This document shows positions 37,471-49,500 of a stretch of 64,000 nt of DNA, piece by piece; positions within the stretch are counted from its first letter, which is position 1; each line of letters starts with the position of its first letter. The notes beneath the pieces are model-generated. The model was given only the letters and a program-made list of their open reading frames with translations. It ran no database searches and was not told where the DNA came from. The DNA is from Amphiscolops sp. MND2022 (Eukaryota): positions 49,168,001-49,232,000 of the forward strand of contig OZ076413.1 in the NCBI GenBank assembly GCA_964187785.1, given 5' to 3'. A program made the translations under genes and the position numbers.

Positions 37471-37789
37471 TCCTCTACGTGTTTCAGCCCCCCCGTCAGA
37501 TCTCACCATTGGTGCTTTCTGACAGCTTGCTGTCGATGTTTATTTATTTTTATTTTCCGCCCATATTTCATATGGGAAAGGAAAATATTTAAATCGAACG
37601 GGTTTTTTTTTACAAAATTTGCCAAGAATTTATTTATATCAAAGCTAAAGGGTTTCACCCATAGAATTCAGCTCACATAAATTTAGCTTCGTGCGATTTG
37701 TATTTGTGGAGATTTCCGGACTTTTTTAGTTGACCACAAGGACCCCAGAATGACCCCAAAATAACTCAAAAATGACCCCAAAAAGCGAA

Positions 37790-40200
37790 AATTTGCATTT
37801 TTTTACGCTTTAATGCAATTTTTGTCAAGTTTCCGATAAATGTCGTGGATTAGAATGTTGAAAAAATTCACAAAGACAAGAACTCGTTGTCCAGTAGTCG
37901 TTTATGAAGAGATAAATGCGGTTTTTTGGAAAGAAAAAGACCCAAAAATGACAAAGAAAACCAAAAATTTCCAGATTTTTAACGTTTTTAAGCAATTTTT
38001 GTCAAATTTTCGATAGAATTTGTGGACTAGAATGTTGGAAACGATCAACATGGTACAAGTTTATTGTCCAGTAGGCGTTTCAGAAGCGATAATGGCTGTT
38101 TTTTATTTGAAAAAAGTCTCAACTTGACACCGAAAATAACAAAAGTCCCTAAATTTTCCATTTTTCAATGTTTCTACGCATTTTTCGTCAAATTTTGGAG
38201 ACTTCGTGGATTGGAATGTTTTAAGGGGTCAACAAGGAAAACGTTGGTTGTCCAGTAACCATTTTTAAGAGTTTATTGCATTTTTCTAAATAAAAATGTC
38301 TCAATTTGACACCGAAAATGACAAAAAACACAAATTTTTCCAATTTTCAAAGTAAAGTTTTATGCATTTTTTGCTAAAGTTTCACAGACTTCGTGGATTG
38401 GAATGTTTTAAAGGGTCAACAATGAAAAAATTGGTACGTCCCGTAGTCTTTAATCTTTAATGAAGAGATAATTGCAATGTTCTGATTGAAAATGTCTCAA
38501 ATTGACACCGTAAATGACAAAAATCCCAAAAGTTTCCAATTTTCAAAGATTTCATGCATTTTTTCCAAATTTTTGACAGACTTCGTCAATTGGAACGTTG
38601 AAAAGGGTCAGCAAGGAAAATAAGTGTTGTCCAATATGCTTAGAAAAGAGATAAATGCAGTTTTTCGATAGGAAATTGTCCGGAATCGACATCGAAAAAG
38701 ACAAAGTCTCGAAAAATTATCAAATTCCTTCTTTTTCTTCACTTTTTGTCAAAATATCGATAGACTCCGTGGACTAGAAGGTTTAAACGCTTAAGGCGTG
38801 GGCAAACTTGTTGTTTCGGCGAGCTTTCGTTACGAGATAAGTTCAATTCGTAAAAGAAAAGGGCCTCAAATTGACCTGAGATGTCAAAATTTCGAAGTTT
38901 TTGTCGTTTTTGATGCAATTTCTGTAGATTTTTCGAAAGATTTTGTTCTAAGCTCCGCAATCCACTCAACAACAGAAAAACTAGCTATGCAATGTTTTCT
39001 TGAAGAGAACATTACAATGTTTTGCTTCACCAACCTTTCAGAATGACTCCAAAGGAGTCGAAAAATTTCAACTTTGTTTTTGTGCAACTTGTGTACTTTT
39101 TGAATCATTTTGGTGTCAGAATGTCAGCAAACGTTCAACAAAGACTGAACTCTTATTCAATTAGGCTTTCAGGGAAATATTTGCAGATTTCGGTTGGAAA
39201 ATGGCTGAGAAGTGACCGTAAAAAGTCGAAAGCTTGAAAAGTTTTGTCGATTTCTCACATTTTCAGTGAATTTTTTTTGAGATTGGAAAATTTTGGTAAA
39301 CTAAAAGTTCAAAACGCTCGCGTTGATAAAACTAGGTCCGGAACACGGTTTCAAAGAATGCCTAATTTATGGTCTGAAGTTTCCTCAAAATGACACAATT
39401 ATTGGAAAAACTGAAAATTTTCAAGTTTTTCAACATTTTCAGGCAGTTTTTTGTTGATTTTTTGAACTACTTCCTTGCATAAAATGGTTTTAAACACTCA
39501 ACACTAACTCATCCGGATATCTCCAGTTGGCAATTTTCAAGAGATAACTGCATGTTTTGTTAGAATTGGTCCCAAAAACACCCAAAAATCCATGAAACAA
39601 CAAAAAGCACGTTGTTTGAAAAAACTAATCCCATTTTTTGTTCAAGCCACGAAAGTTTTTAAGGAAGAGAAATTCCAATGACCTCAGCGTTTAAACAAAA
39701 AGGTATTCAAAACGCAATTGTGTGAAAAAGAGGCATGAAGTTCATCGAGTTTACAGCAAAGATGTCAAAGTTTCCGAACTTTCTTCATTTTCGACAACAT
39801 AGTCCCAATTTTGGACACTTTCCTAAAATTTACTTCAATGAGAAATATCATAGGCTCAGTATTGAAACGTCTAGTTACCGGTAGTGTTCCGTAAAGATGT
39901 CAGACAAGTTTATTCGCACTACTTTCGAAAACGTAAATTTCAACCTCATTTGTCCAATATTTGTCATTCAAAAACCTCCAAGCAAATTCACTGGATATGG
40001 AGTACATCTTCCTAAGAAAGATGTTTCGAGCTACTCGTGGGTTAGAATGGTGTAAACATTCAACAACAGCTAAACTCGGTGTCCAGTAGGCTTATTTTTG
40101 AAGAGACATCTGTAGATTCATGTTCGAAAAAATCCTCAAATTGACCCTAAAGTTGTCAAAACTATTTGCAATTTTCGACACTTCTGGTGAAACAATTTAC
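37790..40200. repeat. Diverged AT-rich tandem repeat, unit about 180-190 bp
   Basis: GTGGA(T/C)T(A/G)GAA(T/G)G...GTTGTCCAGTA...GAAGAGATAA recurs near 37845, 38022, 38206, 38393, 38585, 38769 and 40038. Confidence 0.7.
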
Positions 40201-41126
40201 AATAATATAACAAACCGGGATTGCTCAACTTTCCTAAATTTGAAACAGACCTAATTTCAAGCTTTTACCATTTTCTCTTTACCATTTATGGCGAAACGAG
40301 TTTCAGCTCGCGAAACTGCTTTTCTCAAGCCGAAATGTGCTATGAAAGCAAGGGGTACACTTTGACCAAATGAAAGTACAAAGTCGAAAAAAACTTAAAT
40401 GAGCTATTTCCCACAATCAAAAAGAAATCTCATCCGTTGCACATGATCAAAAGTAACAAAGAGGTCACCCTCAAGACTCAGGAAACTTGTTTCCTTTACA
40501 GAAAACCTCAAAAACTAAAAATTTTGAAAGTTTTTTTTAAAATTTTCAAAAAATTTATTGAAAACTTTTTTCTCGGTAAGTCGCATAGTGCCGAAGAAAC
40601 GAAAAGTGACCAGCTCTCTGAAATAATAAATTAGGGGTTTCCTTTAAAATGGGGTACGATGAATCAAAGTTTTCTTTTCTTCGAACTTATTGGCGTTTTT
40701 ATAGTGCATTGGCTTACTCTTGAGCCTCAAACTTATGTAGTTGTAGAACAGTTCGGGGCGGAAAATATCCCGCTGCTCAGCGGGCGTCTTGTTCTTTCTT
40801 TTTTTTTCATTTTCACGTGATATCTCGTATGACTGTTTATCCATTGATGTCATTTCAGGCAAGTAATGTAACTGATGATGATCTGTTTAATGATCGAAAA
40901 GCTTTTTAAATATACATTGAAATTCCTTTTCCTAAATTAGATATTATTCCCTTTCAATCTTATTCTTAAGAAGGGGCAATGAGATCTAAATTTTTAGTGA
41001 TGTTAGATATTTTTCCCTTTAGATTTTATTCCCGTCCTAAAAATTTAGATCTTATTCCCTTTAGATCTTATTCCCTTTTTTGACTTTAGATCTTATTGTT
41101 TAGATCTTCCCCCTCTAGGAAAACAA

Positions 41127-42611
41127 GGAGCGGGAATAACGTCTAAGGAATAACGTCTAGATGCAAAACATGAATAACGTCTAAAAATAAATATATTTAT
41201 AAGGAATAACGTCCAAAGTTTCAGACGTCATTCCCGTATTTAAAAAAAAGAAATTTCTGAAAGAAGAAGTATCAATTTCCAATTTTTAAAACACCAAATG
41301 GCTTTGGTACAACAGAGGCTTGCAAGGGTATCAATATCTACATTTTTGCACATGACGAAGTCAATGTGCATTGCAGTCCAGCTAAGAAAGTTTTTTTTTC
41401 CACAGTAGCCAACTTCATAATAAGCGCCTTTTAGAGAAAAGCCAAAACCCCAGAGAGATTCGAACCTGCAGCCTCCCGATTGCGCGGCATAAGTGTTAAC
41501 CACTGTGCCATAAGGACGTTATTGAATGAAGTTGAACTGTTGAATATATACGCATGCGATTAAAATAATATATATACGCATATTAAAATAATCGTTGTCT
41601 TCGTCATGTGTTGCGAAGCACCGCTTCGCCTCTGTGTTTAGATGTTATTCTCGATTTTGAAATCTTGTTTTTAATGCTGAAAAAGTCAGTGCCGAAAATT
41701 TTAGACGTCATTCCCTTTGGATCTCATTCTTAAGAGGCGAAAATATTATCCAAAAAGAAAGACAATATTATGGGTTATAGACTCAAATATTTAAACAATC
41801 TAATCTTTCGAGAGTAGCGAATTTCACGCTCCAAGTGCCATTGTGTTTAGAACACAAATGCTACAGTTATAGGGCCATTTCCTTCACAAGCATTGGACGA
41901 AATTCAGTGCTTCCTTTCCAACAATTTGGCCTCTGCAGTTCACTTTCAATCATTAAAATTGCTTTTCCGTTGTTGTTTCATGATTGGACTGTAAATCGAA
42001 ACTGTTGTTGAAATCGACATCACCCAAATGACTGGTTGCTGCAAAAAATTTTTGAACAGTAGTTGAGTTTTCATTCCATCAATTCGTCCATGAAAATCAT
42101 CAGTTTGATATCACAGGAGGCGATGAACAGTCTTTTCGTAATGTTTTCAAAAATTCGGATCCAGTTTCATAGTTGAGGATCTGAGTTTCCTTTTCTTTGA
42201 TTTGTTTGCGGCGATCTTCATGTCAGTCTCTTCTACTTTGCTGTCCAGAAAAATTGTGTTCTATTTCAAATTACTGCAAAAACGACAACACGAATTAATT
42301 GGGGGATCAGCTCCTCCAGTAGATAAGGACTAAGTAAATTAGTCCAGTAGAGTAGTCCAAATGGGACTAAAACTTATGACTTCTTGAAGAGAAAAACAAA
42401 CCAAACCGTATTACAATTCAACATTGATTCATCTCTCAGAGGCGATGAGGCTCTGTTGGAAGACGTTATTCCTTTTTAGACGTATACTTTTTCAGACGTT
42501 GTTCAACATTTTAGACGTTATTCCCTTATTTCCGATTTTTTGGATGTTATTCCTATAGACGTTATTCCCAGGAACCTTTATGTGTTATTCCTTAGACGTT
42601 TTTCCCGATCC
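41127..42611. mobile_element. TIR element with AGACGT subterminal motifs
   Basis: GGAGCGGGAATAACGTCTAAGGAATAAC versus right end reverse complement GGATCGGGAAAAACGTCTAAGGAATAAC; no TSD seen. Confidence 0.7.
41440..41515 (-). mobile_element. tRNA-derived SINE-like head or pseudo-tRNA
   Basis: A box TGGCACAGTGG and B box GGTTCGAATC; acceptor stem not formed. Confidence 0.55.
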
Positions 42612-43585
42612 TACCGAGGAAGCAGGAAATCAGAATATGATTTATCGGCTACGATCTAACGCCTAAGATATAACTATTTGACAAGCTCAATTGCAAAATT
42701 TGTTTAAAATCTAAAATGGTGAAACTGCTATAGATCTGTATAAATATGAGGTTTTCCATATAAAGAGACTCGCCAGCACCCTTTTGCGAGTTTCAGACCG
42801 CGTCCCTGCCGCCAGCGGGCGTGTTGCTGAGGTAGATCGAACAGGAAAAAATACATTTTTCCAAACCCCCGTTAGATCTTAGGCGTGAGATCCCTGGTTA
42901 CTGATACAATGTGTATGCCGTTGATACAAAGTTTTTAATTACTCCACAGGAAAAACCACAGGACTCCACTGGAAAAACTTACATTAGAGAAATTTCCAGT
43001 TGAATAAGATCTAAATTTCAAATGTGGAAAATATCCCATCGTTACTTTTTTGGAAAATAGTTAAATTTCTGATAGTTCTTAACTAGTTAGTTGGTTAGTT
43101 AGGAAATCGGTTAGATACGAAGTTCATTCAGCCGCTGTGAGTTTCTCCATTGAGTCACAGAATGGAAAAAGTTCTTCAGATCCCACTATATTGGCTTTTC
43201 AAACAGGCATTTAGCCTCTCCATGTTTCAGTTAACAAAGCCCAATAGGTTTCCATGTGGATGTTTTTGGCAGTGAGATTTTTCAGAATTTTGTTAAAAAC
43301 AACCATTTAGCAAAATTATAAGACCTGAAGTTTTGAGTTTCAAAAGGGCGCCATCTTACGCTGTTCTTGGGTCTTTTTTAATGAACCAAAATAATACAAG
43401 TTCGCCGAGAATACCTTATTCCAACCTGAAAGAACCTGTTAAAATCACTTTCAAAAAATTGAAAAAGTAGTACTCAGATCGTTTTACTGGTTTGGACGTG
43501 AAATAATTATAAAATTTAATTGCACATTTGTCCATTTACTAAGGGTTTTGATAACTTTCAGACAGTAGATGTAAGTGAAAGAGAC

Positions 43586-46500
43586 ATGGCTTCAGTGGAG
43601 GCGAGAGTGACGGAGGGTTTTGCCAACATCCAGGTACCAGATCAGCTGGTCGCCCCAGTCCCCTCGGGGGCACCGCCCAATGCACTCACAGAGAGAAGTG
43701 AGTGCTACACACCCTATCTTATGTATCTTCAGAGAACCTTAGAGAGAAAGCTAATGTTCTTTATTGTTTTCAGAGTTCTTCACTAAACTCGGCCAGAGTA
43801 AGATTGTCAAGGCCGAGCCCAAGTCTGTTCACTTCGCTGGCTTCGTGGTTGGGCAACCTGTTGTCAAAGTATTGGTGAGTTAGTTTGTTCACATGCATTC
43901 CAGAACACGTGGATTTTGCTACATCGAATATTTCGTGAATAAAAATAATGGAAATAGATACCTTTTTGTTGCTTTTCTGGTTTCTCGAGAAATTGAAAAA
44001 TGTATCATTGTCATCCTGTTTATATGAATTTCATTCATAACAAGAGATACTTATGAGTGCAAATGATATGCCATACAGCACTTCGTGGAGAAAATTTCTT
44101 TATGCAGTTTCGAATTTGCTTGGTAAAAAGATCCCATCTTTTGTTTTTTGACACATCCCCTTTCAGAGATTGACAAACGTATCCTCGGAAGTTCAGAGAT
44201 GGCACATCATTCCTCCTGCCACGCCCTACTTCAAAGTGAGCTTCACCAAACCAGAGAGGTGTGTTCCTGGCATGTTCATGGAGATGAAGATCGTTTTCTC
44301 CCCCGACGAGTGGCGTTACTACCATGACACCATCCGCATACACTGCAGGGTAAGAGCACTACCATCTCTTGGGGTTTCAAATAAAACTCTTTCTTGCTTT
44401 TTGAAATATACTTAAATTCTTTTGCAAAATGTTGCCCGTTTTTTTTCTAATTAGATATCACGTGTTTATCTGGAATCCACTGAGATAGAATTTCTTCTAG
44501 CTTTAGCTTTTCTATCCCGAAAAAATCCGTGAGAGGTGTCAGAGCGCTGTTATGCTCACAGAACGAGGCCATAGTGAAAATTTCAGAAACGCCAGACAGT
44601 GTTAATTGAGATTTGCATGTTTATCAGCACCCAAGTTCACTAAAACACCCATTGCAAAAAGTGAAAAATATTCTCACTATTTTCTTGTGGATGACAAACC
44701 TTGCACATGGTGTATCCTTGGGTTATCCTTGTTTGTTCACATTGTGTAGTGTTCAATAGCATTGTTTATACCATTCAATCAAGTTATTATAGTATAAGGA
44801 ATTAACAGGATGAGGCTGAAAATTTTTGATAAAAGCGACATGTTTCACTACTTGCAGTTACATGAATGAAACATGAGTTTAGTTGAGATAGTAATGCTTA
44901 CAGTCCATAAATGGAGAGATTGGAGATGTTTTCTGAACTTGGCCCTGTTTGTGTTGTTGTGTAGGACGAAGAGAACATCATAGTGCCCATGCACGCGTAC
45001 CCTGTGATGAGTGGGGCTGAGGAGTTGCCAGAAAGTGTGACACTGCCTATCACGCCTTTAGGAGAGACTTCTCAGTACAAAATCCCCCTCACGTGCACAG
45101 CCCCCATTGACTTCCAGTTCCAGATCAGAATCCCCACCCCACACATTGCGTTCTCTGTCAACCCCATGGAAGGCGAGTAACATCAACTACTACACTAGAC
45201 TTATAGGGTCTGCTTCAGTACCGCCTCTGTATCTATTGCTCCCAGAAAAGGGTTTTTGTACACTACATGAACTTTAATGTTTTCAACTTGAAGCATTCAA
45301 GATCAGTAAAAAATTATTGATGTGGCTATGTACATTGTTTGGCATTGATGAAGCTATCAAAAAAGAAATATCGACCTTTTGCCATGAATATGCAATTGTC
45401 CAAAATTTGCTGGGATTGCAACTCGAATTTTCCCAAATTTTTTCTTGTTTAATTCACTAAAAATGTTTGAAATATTGGACATACTAGAATTCAAGTCTGG
45501 AGACATATTGAAATTTTTGTATAATGTCAAGAATTGAAACGGCGAATTTAGTTTGATTTTTTTAAAATCGTGTTTGTATTTGAAGAGTTTCAGGATTTGT
45601 TATTTTATAATGCTTGTTTCCAGGACTGGTACCTGCCAATGGAAACACGGAAATCACAGTGAGTTTCACCCCCAAAGAGTTCAGTACGGCTGTGATGAAG
45701 TTGGAGCTGCTGGTGTCTCAGTTCGCCACCAAACCCCTCACCTGTGTCTTCGTGGGCCACGCACTCCCGGGGCACCACAAGTTCCTGGTGGAGAAGAAAC
45801 ACAAGGAAAAGGGGGCACCCGAGGAACAAGAGGAAGACGATGCTTTTTTAGAGTCAGGGGAGATCAGAGCGGTTGATAGGGTGAAGAAGAAGAAGCAGAA
45901 TAAAGATAGTGGCGATCTGCACTTATTAACAAAGTCTTTGGTACGATCATGCACCATTCAAGTTTTTTACTTCAGGAGAAAGAATTTATTGTAAATTTAG
46001 CGCTTTTTAAAATAAATCGGCATGAAATATTTGACTCATTTCTACATTTTTAGATGAAAGGAAGCTTATATCGATAACCTCGATTGTAGAATCACTTTTA
46101 TAGAAACTGTGATTGGGAGTTATTTACGTCTTGCTATGAAAAGGCATTCATTGAAGTTCAAAAAAAGATTCAGTTAAAATTGAACCTTTCCTGTCCCTGA
46201 ATCTGTTTCTTCGCCGTTAATTTTTTTATTAAATCATTTTTGAACCCTTAAAAATTGTTTCGAATTAAAATAATTGAATGAGTTGTGAAAATTGATAAAA
46301 AGTACAGAGTATGTGTAGCGGAATCAGACATGGAGGGAGTCGAACAAAGACCTCTTGAGCCAAATGCCGCATTCTTGATGAACAATTCCCTATATAGAGG
46401 TTTTTCATGACGTCCCAATTGACGTATTGAATGAGAATGGTTTTACTTTTCAATGAATGAAATGTAGAACAAGACGGGAACGTCTCAAGTCGGCGCTATA

Positions 46501-49500
46501 TCTAAGGCTCAAAAAGCGCAAAACATTTTTTGGAAAAAAACTTGAAATTTTCGAAAAAAAATTTTCTTTCGGAAAATGTCGCGTAGTGCCGAAAAATGTA
46601 AAAGGGGGGACCCTTTTTGATTTATAAACACGCATTCTGTAGCAAAATAACAAAAAACTCAAAGGGGGGACCCTTTGGCGACATTAAAAAAATTTCGAAA
46701 AAGTCGCACAGTGCCGAAAAAAATCGAAAGGGGGGACCCTTTAGTCCCGTCCGGGCTTGTAGGTAACGTTTAAAAAGTAAAAAACCAAAGGGGGATCCTT
46801 TGGAATAATTTACGTGCGTTTCCTTGGTATTTAGTTTCCTTTAGTTGAACGTTAACGTTCGTCGCTTCGAGTCTGTCTTAAATAAAAAAAAACGAGTGAC
46901 TGTAATAGTCGGGCTCTTTTCTTAAGAAAAGCGCCGACTAAAAATGAACTATTTGGAAGTTGTTACTATCGCCTTGATCGAACCCGATCGTTGAATTTTG
47001 AAATGGTCCCTCTAGTCAGGGCAAACACTTTTTGGGAGAATTTCCTGACAATGGAATCAATGTTGAGCATATTTTGCATGTAATTGGTGTACCAAAAAAT
47101 CATCATACACAGTTACCCACTTACTCAGCTACATGTGTCGTGAATTGAGAAGCAACATTTATGTCTGATACTTTACAGTCTAAATAAGAGCTTTTAAACC
47201 GCGAATCAGCGACCGCACAGAATTTTTTCAGCGATTTCATTAGCGATTCAAATTAGCGGCAATTAATGTATTGCCTAAATTCAAAATTTCCTCGGAAAAT
47301 ACAGGAAGTTTCAAAATGAATTTCGAAAAATACCACCTCTTCGTCTGTGAAACTCACACAGTGTCAAAATTCTGGTCTATATATAAAGCATCATTATTTT
47401 TAGTCGGCGCTTTTCTTGAGAAAAGTGTCGACTATAGTCATGGCTTTTCGTCAGTGTTTTTTAAGACCACCTGAATTGACCAAAATAGTTCTACCAAAAG
47501 TTCTACAAAATTTTGAGAAGACGCCAAATTGTACCTGTTGGCCCAAGGAACTGAACCAAAACGGTTTCCCGCGTAACATACAATACCGGACGAGACCAAA
47601 GGGTCCCTCTTTAGATTTTTTTCGGCACTGTGCGACTTTTTTTCAAAATTTTTTTTCCAAAAAGGGTCCCCTTCATTTTTTGGAGTTTTGCAACAGAATG
47701 GATTTTGAAAAATCTCAAAGTGTTCCCCTTTCAGTTTTTTTTCGGCATTGTGAGACTTTTTCAATTTTTTTTTCGTAAAAGGTTCCAAAATCACCAATAT
47801 TTTCACATTTTGAAGTCCTTTTGCTATTTTTGAGCCTTAGATATGGCGCCGACTTGGGCCGGTCCCGGCTTGTTTCTGGTTGCGGGGTATGATGATTCAG
47901 ATCGTTTCAGGAGGTGGAGTTCAACGGCCACAGGTTTCCCCTGAACTTGAATAACGTGCATGCTGTTAACTACGTTCTCACTCAACAGAAGGGCAAGCTC
48001 AAAATCAAGGACCTCAAACACGGTACGGAGACTGAATACCAAAAAAATGTCAAAACTAACTTTTCAACTTTCTTGTAGATTTTACCAACTTATCGCTAGT
48101 TTTCAAAAAATCAATATCGTGATAGACAATAACCCTGAATTGTGCCATAATTTTCCGGCTCAAAAAGTACTGATTTTGATGATGAAATTAATGCGCACAG
48201 TGGTGGTCTTTCGAAGCTGGTTTTTGCCTTTACGTTCTTGAATTATGTGTTAATGTTCTTCAGTGAGACAGCATGATTATGAGAAGTTCAAACGAGGTTT
48301 GTTCAGCTCTCATTACCCTCTCTATGCCATCCGTGTTTTTCACGAAAAACAAAATGCTTTTCTATTTCCTCTAAATCTGCCTGAAATATTTAGAAAAAAA
48401 GTCCATCTTTCATCATCATATCCCGGCGGCTCATTCTTTCAGGCAAACAGGGCCTTCGAAAGATTATGACAAGTTCGAGTGACAAGTTCTCGGATAATGG
48501 GATTGGAAAGAAACTAAACCAAATTCCCTTCATAACTACTTGAAATAATATTTGAATACATCAATATTTAGATCGTATTTTATTCAGATCGTATAATGAC
48601 ACAATGGAATTTTTCGTTATGTTCTAATTAGCAAATCTTAAAAGGACCTCTTGTGATGTACCAGAAATTCACAGTTTTTCGATTTTACTTATATTTCAAG
48701 CTATCGAACGTTTTTGTGCGGCGAAATTATCTTCAAGAATAATCATCCGAGTACGGTCATTGTTTTAGGATGACATCGTCGACTCATCTTGATGATTTTC
48801 TCGGTGAATGGCCGGCAAAGGGTATTAGCATTTAAAACAAAGTCAAGAATGGAGTAGTTTTGAGATTTACTTTAGAAGTCATTTAAAATATAATACCCGA
48901 TAATGAAAAGACGACCCTCATGAGATCTTCAGAAATGACCCTTATAGTTTACTTTGAAGGTCAATTGACAGGTGTAGTTACAAAATACTCATCTGATTGG
49001 TTCGATAATCACAATATCGGGCACTGGGAACTTGAACTGCAAGAAATGTTTGTAAAAATTGCTTTAGAGAGTTGTTTTTTTTGCATTTATAAGTTATTGA
49101 ACTTTACGTTTCAAGTTAGATTAACCCAATATTTGGAAGATTCATTCAAGATCATTCAAGTTTTGCCGGTTTAAGGAAAGCTCTGATTTCATCGCCTTTG
49201 TTGGTTGATCATCAAAAGTAATTAATTTTCATCAGCTCTGGAGAAGATGCGCAAGAGAGGGAGGGGAACGAAACAGATGAAGGAGGCAGTGTTCGAGACT
49301 GCGGTCAGACAAGTAGTTTTGGAAGAACGAGCCAACAATCTCAGATGGTTAGTTGACCATTTATTCAACACAGCTACATTAGTCATGTAGGTTACATTTC
49401 ATAAAATCCCAACAAACCTTGAATGTCCCAAACGAGTGCCTCGTTTGAGCTCGCTTCGAATTTCTTAAAATGGCTAAAATATTTATTTAATTAAAGGCGA

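Noticed and set aside
46300..46400. Extra CFAP221 exon
   Set aside because: Phases do not fit the flanking phase-0 junction (45940 to 47911), and there is no recognisable similarity.
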